Source: a virus (lineage: Duplodnaviria; Caudoviricetes). From it: a stretch of DNA of 64,000 bases. Position 1 is the stretch's first letter; every line of letters starts with the position of its first letter. Of this stretch, positions 7,603 to 17,729 are shown piece by piece. The stretch covers positions 1-64,000 of IMG/VR virus record IMGVR_UViG_2974513524_000001, one strand, 5' to 3'. Under the pieces are notes generated by a model. That model worked only from the letters and a program-made list of their open reading frames with translations. It made no database searches and was not told the DNA's origin. The position numbers and the translations under genes are program-made.

Positions 7603-10600
7603 TTACAGGAATTTGAATACTGGCAACTCGTCCAGAGTGCCGAAGTATCCAAATGCCCCGTCTTGCAGTGGATTACGACCCAACCGGTTAGTCCAGCTGG
7701 AGTTAATCACCGAAGACATACCGTTGGTGTATGCATCAATGGCAATTGCACCCAGTACACGTGCTGGTTTTTCCTTAACCAGTCGCATGATGGTTTTCTG
7801 AATGCGCATGTAGTACTTGGTGAACATCACGATACCCATGTCGTTCAGATACTGGATCGAACGGTGCGAAGGCAAGTCATAGTTCACAAAGCTTTCCTCA
7901 GCCTGACGCAGAGCATCTGCTTGGCTTAGAGGGTTACGTGCACGATTCATAGTGTGCTGATACATAGCATAACGAGCAATCAAGTCAGACAGCTGTGTAG
8001 TCTGGCTCAAGAACTTGTAGGTGCTAGTATCGTGAGTCATATACACCTGCTTACCAGCTTCTTTCAGAAGCTTAGGTACGCGAGAGGTGTACTTACTCAC
8101 ACCACGTTGCAAGCGAGACTTATAGCTGTATTGGCTGTCGTCTGCTTCCACATCTTCAACGATAGTTGGCATCAAGCCAGCATCTACCAGAGGCTTAATC
8201 GGGTTACGCGCCAAGCGATCCTTGATCTGAGCCAGTTCAGCTTCCAAAGCTGGCTGACCTTCTGGAATGTAACCAATCTCGATTGCTTGTTCGATCTGCA
8301 TTTCCCGTTTACGGTCTTTGCGATAGTCCAACGCCCCTTTAAGTGCTACTGCGTGAGAGTTAATCATCTCTTTCGGAGATACACCCTCGATACCCAGCAA
8401 AGACAGGTTAGAAACGATGTTACCTACCAAGGTAGTCACGTTCTTCACAACCAGAATGTCTTTCATCTCTTTTACCAGCTCTTGCATAACGTCTTCGGCT
8501 TGACCGACACGCAGTGCAGCCTTATCCCCAAGAAGGCTACGAGTAACCATCACAAACAATTGTTCTGCCCAGTTACGATCACCATCGCCAGCACGAGACT
8601 TCAAGTCACGTTCAGGTTTAGCAAAAGCTTCAGTCAGACTGTATTTGCGATAGCCCATGATCATGTTCAGCTGATCTGCTGGAATCATCATGTTATCCGA
8701 CTTCCAAATACGCTTAATGTCGCGTTTGGTAGATTCAGGCAACAGACGATACAGCTCAGCAATCTCAGGATCTTTACTGTCCTTACCTACCTGCAAGTAG
8801 CTGCTAGGACGGTTATTGTAGTCGGCACGATACTGGTCATACATGGCACCTACCACATCAGCGTTTTGCTGTGCGGAGGCTACCTTGTCTACGATCTGAC
8901 CAGCAAATGTACCTAGCACCTGCTCCATGGCGTTCTCACGATCCAGCAGAGTATCCCGGTTGTTCTCGGTCATCATGTATCGGTAATCAGCAATGCGACC
9001 ATCTGGAGCAAGCACAGGCACCATCTTGCCAGCTTCTTGATTACGAGGATCGTAGCTGAGATCACGATTAAGCAAGGCATCAATCAAAGGCTGTTTAGCC
9101 TTACGGATCATGCTCTTATGCTGAGCCGAGGTTACTTGGTTTCCGTTGAGCAGGTTCACGCTGGCACGGTCAGGGCTAGAACCTTTACGGTGATAGCCAG
9201 TGTAAGAAAGTGCACCAGTGAGCAAGCCAGATTGGCCAGAGCCACGACGGGTAACCATTACACGGTCATCCTTCGTTTGGTCTGTCGAATCTTTTTGCAG
9301 CTCAGTCGCTAAACGGTAACCAGCTTTCTCAAATTTATCCAAGTCAGCACGAGCCACCAACATCACTTCGATGTTGTTGTCGTGGATTTCAGGTACATAG
9401 CCGGACTGTTGCAGAGCCTCTTGGCCTTTGAACAGATCGGTGGTGGACTTCTTCTGCAAGCCAGAATGCAACTTGAGAATCATGTCGATACCGTTCTGAC
9501 CATTGCCACGATTAGCTTCGGTGCGGAATGCCTGCATAGCTAGTGCTTTGTCATAAGTACCGGTGTAGCTGTGTGCATATACAGCCAGCAGTTGATCCAG
9601 CAGAGGTACAAGCTGTTTCACATTGGTTTGAGTACCTGCTTTCTTGGTGCCGTACATCTCAGCAATGTTGCGAGTGTTCAGCATCAAGTTGTGGGACACG
9701 TTGCCACCTACCACTTTGTGGTAAGCCAGATCTTTAGTCGCAGCGGTCAGGTAACCAAAGTCAGGGCTCATTGCCTGTACTTGTGCTTCCAGATCTTTGC
9801 GATGCTTGGTCATTTCAGCAGGACTTTCCATAAGCTCTTTCAGGCGGTCGATACCTACGGCATCTGCCAGTGCGCTCATGTTGGTACGCAAGAATACCCG
9901 TGTAATAGAGTCTTTAGTCTCTTTGTTCAGGTATTCCCCGCCATCCTTAAACGAAGCCATGACCTGTGCAACAGTGTTTTCGATGTGATCTTTACGATCC
10001 TTCTCGATAGCCTTTGCACCTTTGAACAGTGCGTCAGCAATACGGTTGCCATCATGCAGACCACGCATCTCAGTGATGGCCCCCATGATCACGCCATGCT
10101 TGTCTTTGAATGCACGGTCACGCAATACAGTGGTGTGATCCAAGATCGCACCTACACGGTCACCTGCCAAGGCAGAGATACCGGCACCTGCTACACGTAC
10201 ATAGGCAGAGCTGTTCTGTTTGAAGAATGGAATCTTGCCAAATGCCTCAGCGCGTTCACGAACATTGTCCGCTACGCTGCCGATAGCCATCTCAACCTGA
10301 TCCATACCGGACAGCTTGTTACGCAGCATTTCATCCTTGTGCTTGGCTTCAATGTCTACCAGCTGATCCAGCAGGGTAGCCAGTGCAAAGTCAGCACGAG
10401 TGTTAGGCGATACCTTGGTATGCAAGGAAGCCAGTTTAGTCATCACTCGACGGAACAGTTCTACCAGACGACCAGCAATTGGCAGTGAAGCCAATGGCAC
10501 AGTGGCGTCAGAGGTACGGAAAGTGAGGATGTTCTTCACTTCTTCACTTGCGATACCCATTGCAGCGAACTGGGTTACGTTGCTGTTTTTAAACAAGAAT

Positions 10601-13600
10601 TCATGCTTCTGCTGAGCAATATCCTTCTCAGTAGGAGTAGCAGTTGCCCAATCACCTTTATGGAAGTTCTCTGGCTTAAGAGCCTTACGACCATCGTTGA
10701 ACAGGTTGGTCAAAGCTTGACGCACGAACACAGTGTTCGGGTTAGTCATAGCTGCTTCCAAGCTAGCCTGTACCGATTCCAATACGAACCCTTCTTGCTG
10801 ATTCACATTGAATGGCGAGGCCAGTGCACGCGAAGCAAATGGCTTAGTGCCTGTGTCCAAGGACTTCAGGTAAACATCCATTGGAGTGATAGCACGATTC
10901 GCAGCAGCTTCTTCTTTGAAGGCGCCATAAGGCCCGTAGAGAGGTTCTACCAAGTTGGTCATAACATCTTTCAGATGTGCTTGGTGCGCCTCACTGGCGA
11001 TACGTGGAGAGGCTCCTTCCAGTGCTGTTACCACTTCTTGTGCAGTCATTGCATTGATGTGATCTACAGCATCTTCATAGGCCAAAGTCTTGGCATCACG
11101 AGTCTTACGCAGATCAGCAGCAGCTTTAAACAAGCCAGCTGACTGAGCTACCAGCATACCCAAGCCAGTTTCATTAGCCTTGGTGTTGCTACCACGGAAC
11201 AACATACGAGCCAGCGAATCAACGAAGGCACGCATACCGGACCAAAGACCTTTGGCACGGCTTTGAATCTGAATGTTAGCCAGTACTTCTTGTTGGAACC
11301 CTTGGTTGGTCAAACCCCAAGCCAGCAGTTCATGTACGTTGCCTACTGCATTCTGGTATTTACCAGACAGGGAGCCATTGGCTTCCATCAGTTCAGCAGC
11401 TTTCAATCGCAGAGCTTCCAGATCGGCTACAGCCTGACCTACCGGATTGTTCTTGCCAGTATTTTCATCTACCAAACCAGCCAGAGCAGCATGGACCAAT
11501 TCATGGGTCAGCATCTCAGGAGTGATACCCGACTCTACAAAGTCAGGGGATTTGACGTAGATAGCAGCAGCACCGGCTTCTTGGTGATACCAGCCACGTG
11601 CCTTACTCACACCAGTACCCAATGCACCATCAGGGGCAGTGTCTGGAGTGATGTAGTTCACTGGCATGCTTGGCTTAACTGTACGTTTGATCATCTCCAG
11701 CAATTTGCCAGTGAATGGATCAGCATTCAGTGCAGCAAGCGAATCAACCAGTTCAGCAGCAGTCAGCTTGTTGGTAGCCAATACGTTGACCAGATCAACA
11801 TTCGACTGCACCAGTGGAGTACCAACCTCACCCCAAACACTGAGTTTGCGAGTGTTGTCATTCACTTGATTTACCAGTTCAGCAGCTTGATGCTCAGGCA
11901 ATACTGCTTTAGCAGCTTCCAACGTAACGTTGTTAGTCAGCATTGCTTCACGTACAGCTTGTACTTCTGGAGTTTGTTCCAGACGATCAAGAGTGTTTAG
12001 CGTGGTAGCAGGGCTGAGAGTTTCAACAGAGTTACGGCTCAATGCCTTAGCAGCAGCAGCTTTTAGATCAAGTGGCTGAGCTTTAGTCAGTTGATCGATG
12101 TTAGCAGCAGATTGCTCAGCAGCACTGTCGAAGTTTTCACCAATCGAATCCAGCTGTTTCAGGGCAGCAGTACGGTCTGCATCGGTAACGATGTAGGAAC
12201 CACCTTCTGTTGCGTACTGACCTACAGCCTGCATCGAAGCCAGCATGTTCAGCTTCTCGGTATCAGCTGCACGAGCAGTGTCACGAATAGCGGTCAGCTG
12301 TTCTTCAAAGGTGCCCAGCTTCTTCTGTGCCATTTCATTGGCCAGAGTCTTCAGCTTAGGTTGGATACGGGCAGCCAACTCAGGATCTTGCATCAGGTTG
12401 TCCAAGCCAGCCAACACGCGTTCCAGAGTCGAAACCATCTCAGCTGGTGCCGAGTAGTTCAGCATGTTATCGAAGGTGGCTTTGTTCAGCTTCTGGCCAA
12501 CTTCTTGTGCTTGGTGCAGGTTTACACCCAAGGCATCGTGCACGTTCAATGCATTCATTTCACCGTATACCGACGAAGCAATCGACGAGTCAGTCGAGTG
12601 AATCGAGGTAATGAACGGTGCTACACCTGGGTCAGTAGCCTTGGTACGCAGACCATTTACCGAAGTGGTTGCACGATTAACTACAGAACCATCTTCTTGG
12701 TAGGTAGGCACTGCATCACCGAAGTAAGCCTGAGAGGTGAATGGGTCGGTACGATCCAGTTCACGTTTCGACTTGCTCATGTTCATACCAGCGGCCAATT
12801 GGTCACTTTGCTTGGACATTGCAGTTTGCAAGATAGGCTGCATATCGGTCAGACGATCATTGATCGCTTTGACCTCAGCAGTACTCAACGAGCTGAGAGC
12901 AGTTTGCTTACCAGTCTTACCGGTACGACGTGCAATGCTAGTCGAGGTTTCCTCAGCTTGTTCAGTCAGAGCTGTGTAAGCAGCATCGTACAGACGGAAA
13001 GCCAGTTGAGCAGTCTTATTCACAGTGTCACGACGAGCGATGAACAGACCGTAGTTGTCTTTCAGCGAGTCTTCTACTTTGCTACCCAGCATCTCATGGA
13101 ATGTAGCTTTGATTGCGTCCACTTGACCTTGAGTCAGGTTGGTTTGCATTGCTACATCGATACCCATGTTCGCATCAAGGTGCAAACCTTTGAAGCGAGT
13201 CAGAGTGTTCACAGCGTTCAGCAGAGTACGCATTGCCTCAGGATCTTTAGCCTTGGCAGCATCTTCCATTTTCGAGTAGATGGATTCAATGAAACCATCT
13301 GCCATGCCCTGTACAGCAGTAAGGGTGTTCGAACCGAACATCATTGCAGTCAGTGGCTTTTTGATGACATTACGACCTTTCGAAGATACAGCGCCTTCTT
13401 CTGTCAGCAACTGGCCAGTAACTACCTGCAAAGCGTTAAGCAAAGCTGGGTCAGTACCATCCAGACGCTTAAGAGCATCAGACACAGTAGATTCATAGAG
13501 GTCATGGTTACCCATGCCTTTGTAGTCGTTGAACTGGATCAGTTCATTGCCATTGGCATCCAACGCACCCTGCGGAATGAAACCACCTTGGGTCATTACG

Positions 13601-16600
13601 TCGAAGCCTTTAGCACCCAGCATCATCAGGGACAGCATTGGACCGTTAGTCAAACCATCCACTTCTGCCATCAGAGTGGTGTTGAACTTACCGTCTTGTG
13701 CGTTCTGCATATGAGCCAGAGATACCAGAGCATCCAGCGAATGCATGTTCTCGCCAGCTTCTGCTACACCAGCAACGATTACATCTTCGTTAGGGTTGGT
13801 TGCTTCACCACGCAGGATTGTAGCCAGCTCGTTTACAGCAGCTTGGATACCCGGAGTGTTGACCTTAGCATCGTACGCAGGTAGCACCAGTGCAGTGGAC
13901 TTGGCTTCAGTTTTCACACCGAAGGCTTCCAGTACACGCAGCTTGAAGTTGTTGAATTGAACTGGATCATTGATATCTACAGACGACTCCCAACCTTCCA
14001 TAGCCAGCATATGGCGATGAACCTTGGAGGTCTGTGGGTTGATCACGTTAGTGTTCAGACCTACACGCTGTGGCATCCATACAGAGCGACCGAAGTACAG
14101 AGGTTGCTCAATACCTTCAGTGGTTGGGTCATTAGTCATCTTCTCTACGAAGGACTTGAAGTTATCCACCTGATCAATCAAGCCAGCATTCTTGGCATCA
14201 CGCGAAGCCAGGTTATATGCATGGGTTGGGTTGTCAGTAGTGTCGATAACACCAGCAATCTTGTAGAGAGCATCAGACGACAGAACACCAGCAATCTGGT
14301 TCATATCCTGACGTACGAAGTGCTTTTTAGAGCCTTCTTTGTCCAGAATCTTAGCCAGAGTGGATGGAATCTCACGGTTGGTACGCTTAGCGTAAGCCTG
14401 ATCGAATTTCACTGGTTCATAGCTTGGCTCTTTGCCAGCAGCTTCTACAGAGAACAGTTTGTTTACAACAGACTGCGAGCCAGTAGTGGCTTCGCGAATC
14501 TTACGTACAACCTCGTTGGCTACATCACGGTCATTCACTTTCTCACTGGCTACAGTGACGAAGGTGTGTACTGCATTGGAGACAGCAGGATCTTGAGTGT
14601 TCATCAGACGTTGCATGGTTGCATCGCTGATCTCAGTACGCTTGATTAGGCCAGCACGGGCCATTGCACCAATGGCTTGAATGCCAAGTGCAGTTTCCAG
14701 TCGCGCAGTGTCAGACGCCGACGCTTCTGGCTTAGCTCGCAGGCCAAGGGCTTGTGCAATGCGTGCACCAAGTTGGTTGGCAACAACGTCTTCACGTGTA
14801 CCAATCCGACCAAGAGTGCGGTAGGCATCAGGGGATACTTCATCATCAATGTCTCGGTTCAGGATCATATTGATCCCGGCATCAGTGTTGTAGAGGTTCC
14901 CAGCATTTTCGCTCAGCCACGAGAACATGCCGTAGCTGATAGCAGTACGGGCGTTTTCGTCTACCGAACCATCCTCATTAATGAGGTACTGGGCGTAGTC
15001 TTGGAAACGGAACTCAGGGCTACGACGACGAGTGAAACCAGCAACTACGTGCTTATCTACCAGTCGAGCGAAGCCAAAGAAGTTATTGATAGCTGCACGT
15101 TGAGGGCCAGCAATCTCACCTTTCTGAGCCAGGAAGTCTTGCACACGTACTTCACCAGCACGAAGTTTGGAAGCGAAGTTAGGCACCGAAACCAATGGTT
15201 TATTGGATGCGTCCAGCTCCGATCCAGCGTTCTGAGTGAACAACTCACCTACAAGGTTTACTTGTTGACGATTTTCAGCAGTAACAGCTTCACCAGTTGA
15301 TTGCTTAACAGCAGTCAGCTCACCAGTTTCATTTACAACTGGCGCTGGTTCTTCGGTTGTTTGTTGTTCTGCGTTAGGTACAGCAGTGTCAACCCGCTGA
15401 TCATCACTGACAGCAGTATCAGTAGGAACGGTAGTAGTTTCAGCATCTGTAGTCTCTTGTACCGGAGCAGCCTGTACTTCTGGCAGCTTAGGAGCAGCAG
15501 TAACCATGGCTTGGAATGCATTGGCATTCTTGGTCAGCACGTCAGCTTCAGCAGCTACGTCAGCAGCCAAGCGGAAAGAGGTTGGACCTACCATCAGGCC
15601 ACCAGCTTTACGAGTGTCAGCCGGACCCATATCAGTCTGTACCCAGTTCCCAGTGGAATCAGGTGCAATGCTGATTTGGTTGTTAGTGCCTTTCACTTGT
15701 TCGTAAGCTTGTGCCAAAGCAGTAGCTTTACTCACACGACTGGTAGCAAAGCTATTCAGGGAATCAACCTGAGCTTGTGCAGCTTCGGTATTGCCATCAG
15801 TGATGGCCATGCGAATAGCGTTACGGTACTGCTCCAAGCCTTTGAAGCCAGAACCACCGTTGATCACATCCGAACGTACACCTGCCCGACCTTTAAAAGC
15901 ATCAGTAGCTTCTTGAGCTTCACTGAACGAAGCCATTGCTTGGCGTTGCTCAGTAGACAAGCTTTCATTACCTGCCATGGCTTGAGCCATCTCAGTAGTG
16001 ATAGCGTCCGGGTTGGTCATTGTCAGGGTAAGTACACGGTCAGCAGCTTGTACATCACCAGTGTTGGCTTGCTCTACGAGCGAGTCCACATCAGGAGTGC
16101 TATCCGTAAACAGACGCTGCGAAGCTTCCTGTACAGAATCCAGTTGGTTTTGCAGTTGGAACGCTGTGGCTTCATCAGCTTTACGTTTAGCTGGGGTGTA
16201 AGCCTCTGCTGCTTTGATAGCATCAGCTACTGCTTTCTTATCAGAAGCAGTACCGTTGTTATCTTCAAGCCATTGAGCAGTCTCACGAAGATCAGCTACG
16301 CCTTCCTCAGAGTACATTTCCATACGTGCTTGTACGTTGGACAAGTCACTGTTCAAGTCTTTGTAGATCTGATCTGCTTTAGCAGTGTTAGCGTCTACAG
16401 TGGCTTGGTCAGCATCTTTACTCAGCTCACCCAGAGCTTGTACAGCCCGAGTTGGATCAACCCGAGCAAGATCGCTGATATCGCCAGAAGCAACGGACTG
16501 TTGGAAAAGGTCTTCCACATTTTGGTTAGCCTCAATTTTTTCAGCGGCAGAGTTTGCAGTGCCAGCCGCACGCGAACCACCAGCAGCAGCCAATTGGAAG

Positions 16601-17712
16601 TTGCCACCAACCAGTGCACCAATAGTTGCGCCCTCCACGATTTCCTCAATCGTAGGTTCTTCAAGTTTTGCACGAGCTTCTGCATAGGTCTGGTAACCCT
16701 CAGTTACGCCTTCGCGTGTACCTGCACCAGCAACCGATGCAGCACCTGCTCCAATACCTTTGCCAGAGTTCTTGAACCCTTTGATAAGGGATACGTCACC
16801 AACCATCTCAGCAGCAGCTGCGGATGCGGCAAACAAGCCCATCTCAGCACGCTCAGATTCGTTAGGAAGTTGACCTTCATTCTTGTCTGCGTATTCAGTG
16901 ATACCTTCACGGTAGGCATCGAAGCCATAACCAGCATTGGTTGCAGTGAGTGCAGCAGGGTTGTACATGGCTGCAACGATCTGAGGTACGTTTTCTACAA
17001 CGTATTCAGTAACAGCGCCTGGGTCTTGTGCACCAGTGCTGATTGCACTGCCGATAGTACGGAATAAACCAGCAGCACCATCTTTAGCAGCATCTGTGTA
17101 CTCACCTTTATCGAACGATTCCTTGGCGTCACGAATTTGCTGAACACTGTCAGCAGTTTCATTACGCAGGTCATCAGACAGGCGATCACGTCGAGTAGTA
17201 TCGACAATCCCGGAGATATCAAAGAAGTCAGCGACTTTCTTACCTACTTGCTGCAAGCCAGTAGAGCCTTGCAGACGTTCACGGTAAGTCTGTGGAATAC
17301 CGTCATCAAGAGGTGCAGTTTGATCCAACAGTGCATCATCACCCGGCTGAACTTCACCAGTGAGAGAACGGTTATATGCTTGGATTTGAGCTTCTGGCAC
17401 AGTGCCTTGAGCCATGCCAGCAATCAGGTCAATTGGCAGAGTAGCCACGTTACCTACAGTACGGCTAGCACCAGACAACAGAGAAGCGCCAAGGTTAATG
17501 CCCTGAGCAGCAGTATCTTCTGCGTCAAGGCCCATCTTACCAATCCAGGCATCTTGCACATTGCGCTCTTTACGAGCCTGCAAGGTAGCCATATCGGCAA
17601 GCTTGATCTCGGCTACATCAGCAAAAAGGGGGCGGTACTCTGTAGCACCAACCCCCTGAGCTTCTTGCACCGGGTCAAGGATGGAAGTGTAACCATTTCC
17701 AGTCTTGGCCAC
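7603..17712 (-). CDS. Virion-encapsidated RNA polymerase, N4 gp50-like (vRNAP)
   Basis: 3369 aa; T7-like motifs A (EVDGLTNGP), B (RNVIKKPLTAMMFGS) and C (NVHDA); no Cys seen on reading; hallmark of Schitoviridae. Confidence 0.97.
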   Translation of the reverse strand: MAKTGNGYTSILDPVQEAQGVGATEYRPLFADVAEIKLADMATLQARKERNVQDAWIGKMGLDAEDTAAQGINLGASLLSGASRTVGNVATLPIDLIAGMAQGTVPEAQIQAYNRSLTGEVQPGDDALLDQTAPLDDGIPQTYRERLQGSTGLQQVGKKVADFFDISGIVDTTRRDRLSDDLRNETADSVQQIRDAKESFDKGEYTDAAKDGAAGLFRTIGSAISTGAQDPGAVTEYVVENVPQIVAAMYNPAALTATNAGYGFDAYREGITEYADKNEGQLPNESERAEMGLFAASAAAAEMVGDVSLIKGFKNSGKGIGAGAASVAGAGTREGVTEGYQTYAEARAKLEEPTIEEIVEGATIGALVGGNFQLAAAGGSRAAGTANSAAEKIEANQNVEDLFQQSVASGDISDLARVDPTRAVQALGELSKDADQATVDANTAKADQIYKDLNSDLSNVQARMEMYSEEGVADLRETAQWLEDNNGTASDKKAVADAIKAAEAYTPAKRKADEATAFQLQNQLDSVQEASQRLFTDSTPDVDSLVEQANTGDVQAADRVLTLTMTNPDAITTEMAQAMAGNESLSTEQRQAMASFSEAQEATDAFKGRAGVRSDVINGGSGFKGLEQYRNAIRMAITDGNTEAAQAQVDSLNSFATSRVSKATALAQAYEQVKGTNNQISIAPDSTGNWVQTDMGPADTRKAGGLMVGPTSFRLAADVAAEADVLTKNANAFQAMVTAAPKLPEVQAAPVQETTDAETTTVPTDTAVSDDQRVDTAVPNAEQQTTEEPAPVVNETGELTAVKQSTGEAVTAENRQQVNLVGELFTQNAGSELDASNKPLVSVPNFASKLRAGEVRVQDFLAQKGEIAGPQRAAINNFFGFARLVDKHVVAGFTRRRSPEFRFQDYAQYLINEDGSVDENARTAISYGMFSWLSENAGNLYNTDAGINMILNRDIDDEVSPDAYRTLGRIGTREDVVANQLGARIAQALGLRAKPEASASDTARLETALGIQAIGAMARAGLIKRTEISDATMQRLMNTQDPAVSNAVHTFVTVASEKVNDRDVANEVVRKIREATTGSQSVVNKLFSVEAAGKEPSYEPVKFDQAYAKRTNREIPSTLAKILDKEGSKKHFVRQDMNQIAGVLSSDALYKIAGVIDTTDNPTHAYNLASRDAKNAGLIDQVDNFKSFVEKMTNDPTTEGIEQPLYFGRSVWMPQRVGLNTNVINPQTSKVHRHMLAMEGWESSVDINDPVQFNNFKLRVLEAFGVKTEAKSTALVLPAYDAKVNTPGIQAAVNELATILRGEATNPNEDVIVAGVAEAGENMHSLDALVSLAHMQNAQDGKFNTTLMAEVDGLTNGPMLSLMMLGAKGFDVMTQGGFIPQGALDANGNELIQFNDYKGMGNHDLYESTVSDALKRLDGTDPALLNALQVVTGQLLTEEGAVSSKGRNVIKKPLTAMMFGSNTLTAVQGMADGFIESIYSKMEDAAKAKDPEAMRTLLNAVNTLTRFKGLHLDANMGIDVAMQTNLTQGQVDAIKATFHEMLGSKVEDSLKDNYGLFIARRDTVNKTAQLAFRLYDAAYTALTEQAEETSTSIARRTGKTGKQTALSSLSTAEVKAINDRLTDMQPILQTAMSKQSDQLAAGMNMSKSKRELDRTDPFTSQAYFGDAVPTYQEDGSVVNRATTSVNGLRTKATDPGVAPFITSIHSTDSSIASSVYGEMNALNVHDALGVNLHQAQEVGQKLNKATFDNMLNYSAPAEMVSTLERVLAGLDNLMQDPELAARIQPKLKTLANEMAQKKLGTFEEQLTAIRDTARAADTEKLNMLASMQAVGQYATEGGSYIVTDADRTAALKQLDSIGENFDSAAEQSAANIDQLTKAQPLDLKAAAAKALSRNSVETLSPATTLNTLDRLEQTPEVQAVREAMLTNNVTLEAAKAVLPEHQAAELVNQVNDNTRKLSVWGEVGTPLVQSNVDLVNVLATNKLTAAELVDSLAALNADPFTGKLLEMIKRTVKPSMPVNYITPDTAPDGALGTGVSKARGWYHQEAGAAAIYVKSPDFVESGITPEMLTHELVHAALAGLVDENTGKNNPVGQAVADLEALRLKAAELMEANGSLSGKYQNAVGNVHELLAWGLTNQGFQQEVLANIQIQSRAKGLWSGMRAFVDSLARMLFRGSNTKANETGLGMLVAQSAGLFKAAADLRKTRDAKTLAYEDAVDHINAMTAQEVVTALEGASPRIASEAHQAHLKDVMTNLVEPLYGPYGAFKEEAAANRAITPMDVYLKSLDTGTKPFASRALASPFNVNQQEGFVLESVQASLEAAMTNPNTVFVRQALTNLFNDGRKALKPENFHKGDWATATPTEKDIAQQKHEFLFKNSNVTQFAAMGIASEEVKNILTFRTSDATVPLASLPIAGRLVELFRRVMTKLASLHTKVSPNTRADFALATLLDQLVDIEAKHKDEMLRNKLSGMDQVEMAIGSVADNVRERAEAFGKIPFFKQNSSAYVRVAGAGISALAGDRVGAILDHTTVLRDRAFKDKHGVIMGAITEMRGLHDGNRIADALFKGAKAIEKDRKDHIENTVAQVMASFKDGGEYLNKETKDSITRVFLRTNMSALADAVGIDRLKELMESPAEMTKHRKDLEAQVQAMSPDFGYLTAATKDLAYHKVVGGNVSHNLMLNTRNIAEMYGTKKAGTQTNVKQLVPLLDQLLAVYAHSYTGTYDKALAMQAFRTEANRGNGQNGIDMILKLHSGLQKKSTTDLFKGQEALQQSGYVPEIHDNNIEVMLVARADLDKFEKAGYRLATELQKDSTDQTKDDRVMVTRRGSGQSGLLTGALSYTGYHRKGSSPDRASVNLLNGNQVTSAQHKSMIRKAKQPLIDALLNRDLSYDPRNQEAGKMVPVLAPDGRIADYRYMMTENNRDTLLDRENAMEQVLGTFAGQIVDKVASAQQNADVVGAMYDQYRADYNNRPSSYLQVGKDSKDPEIAELYRLLPESTKRDIKRIWKSDNMMIPADQLNMIMGYRKYSLTEAFAKPERDLKSRAGDGDRNWAEQLFVMVTRSLLGDKAALRVGQAEDVMQELVKEMKDILVVKNVTTLVGNIVSNLSLLGIEGVSPKEMINSHAVALKGALDYRKDRKREMQIEQAIEIGYIPEGQPALEAELAQIKDRLARNPIKPLVDAGLMPTIVEDVEADDSQYSYKSRLQRGVSKYTSRVPKLLKEAGKQVYMTHDTSTYKFLSQTTQLSDLIARYAMYQHTMNRARNPLSQADALRQAEESFVNYDLPSHRSIQYLNDMGIVMFTKYYMRIQKTIMRLVKEKPARVLGAIAIDAYTNGMSSVINSSWTNRLGRNPLQDGAFGYFGTLDELPVFKFL

Positions 17713-17729
17713 TATATAACTCCTATAGG

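Noticed and set aside
7556-7801. 81-aa ORF over the tRNA-like T arm
   Set aside because: Overlaps the RNA element and the vRNAP 3' end; TTG start without SD
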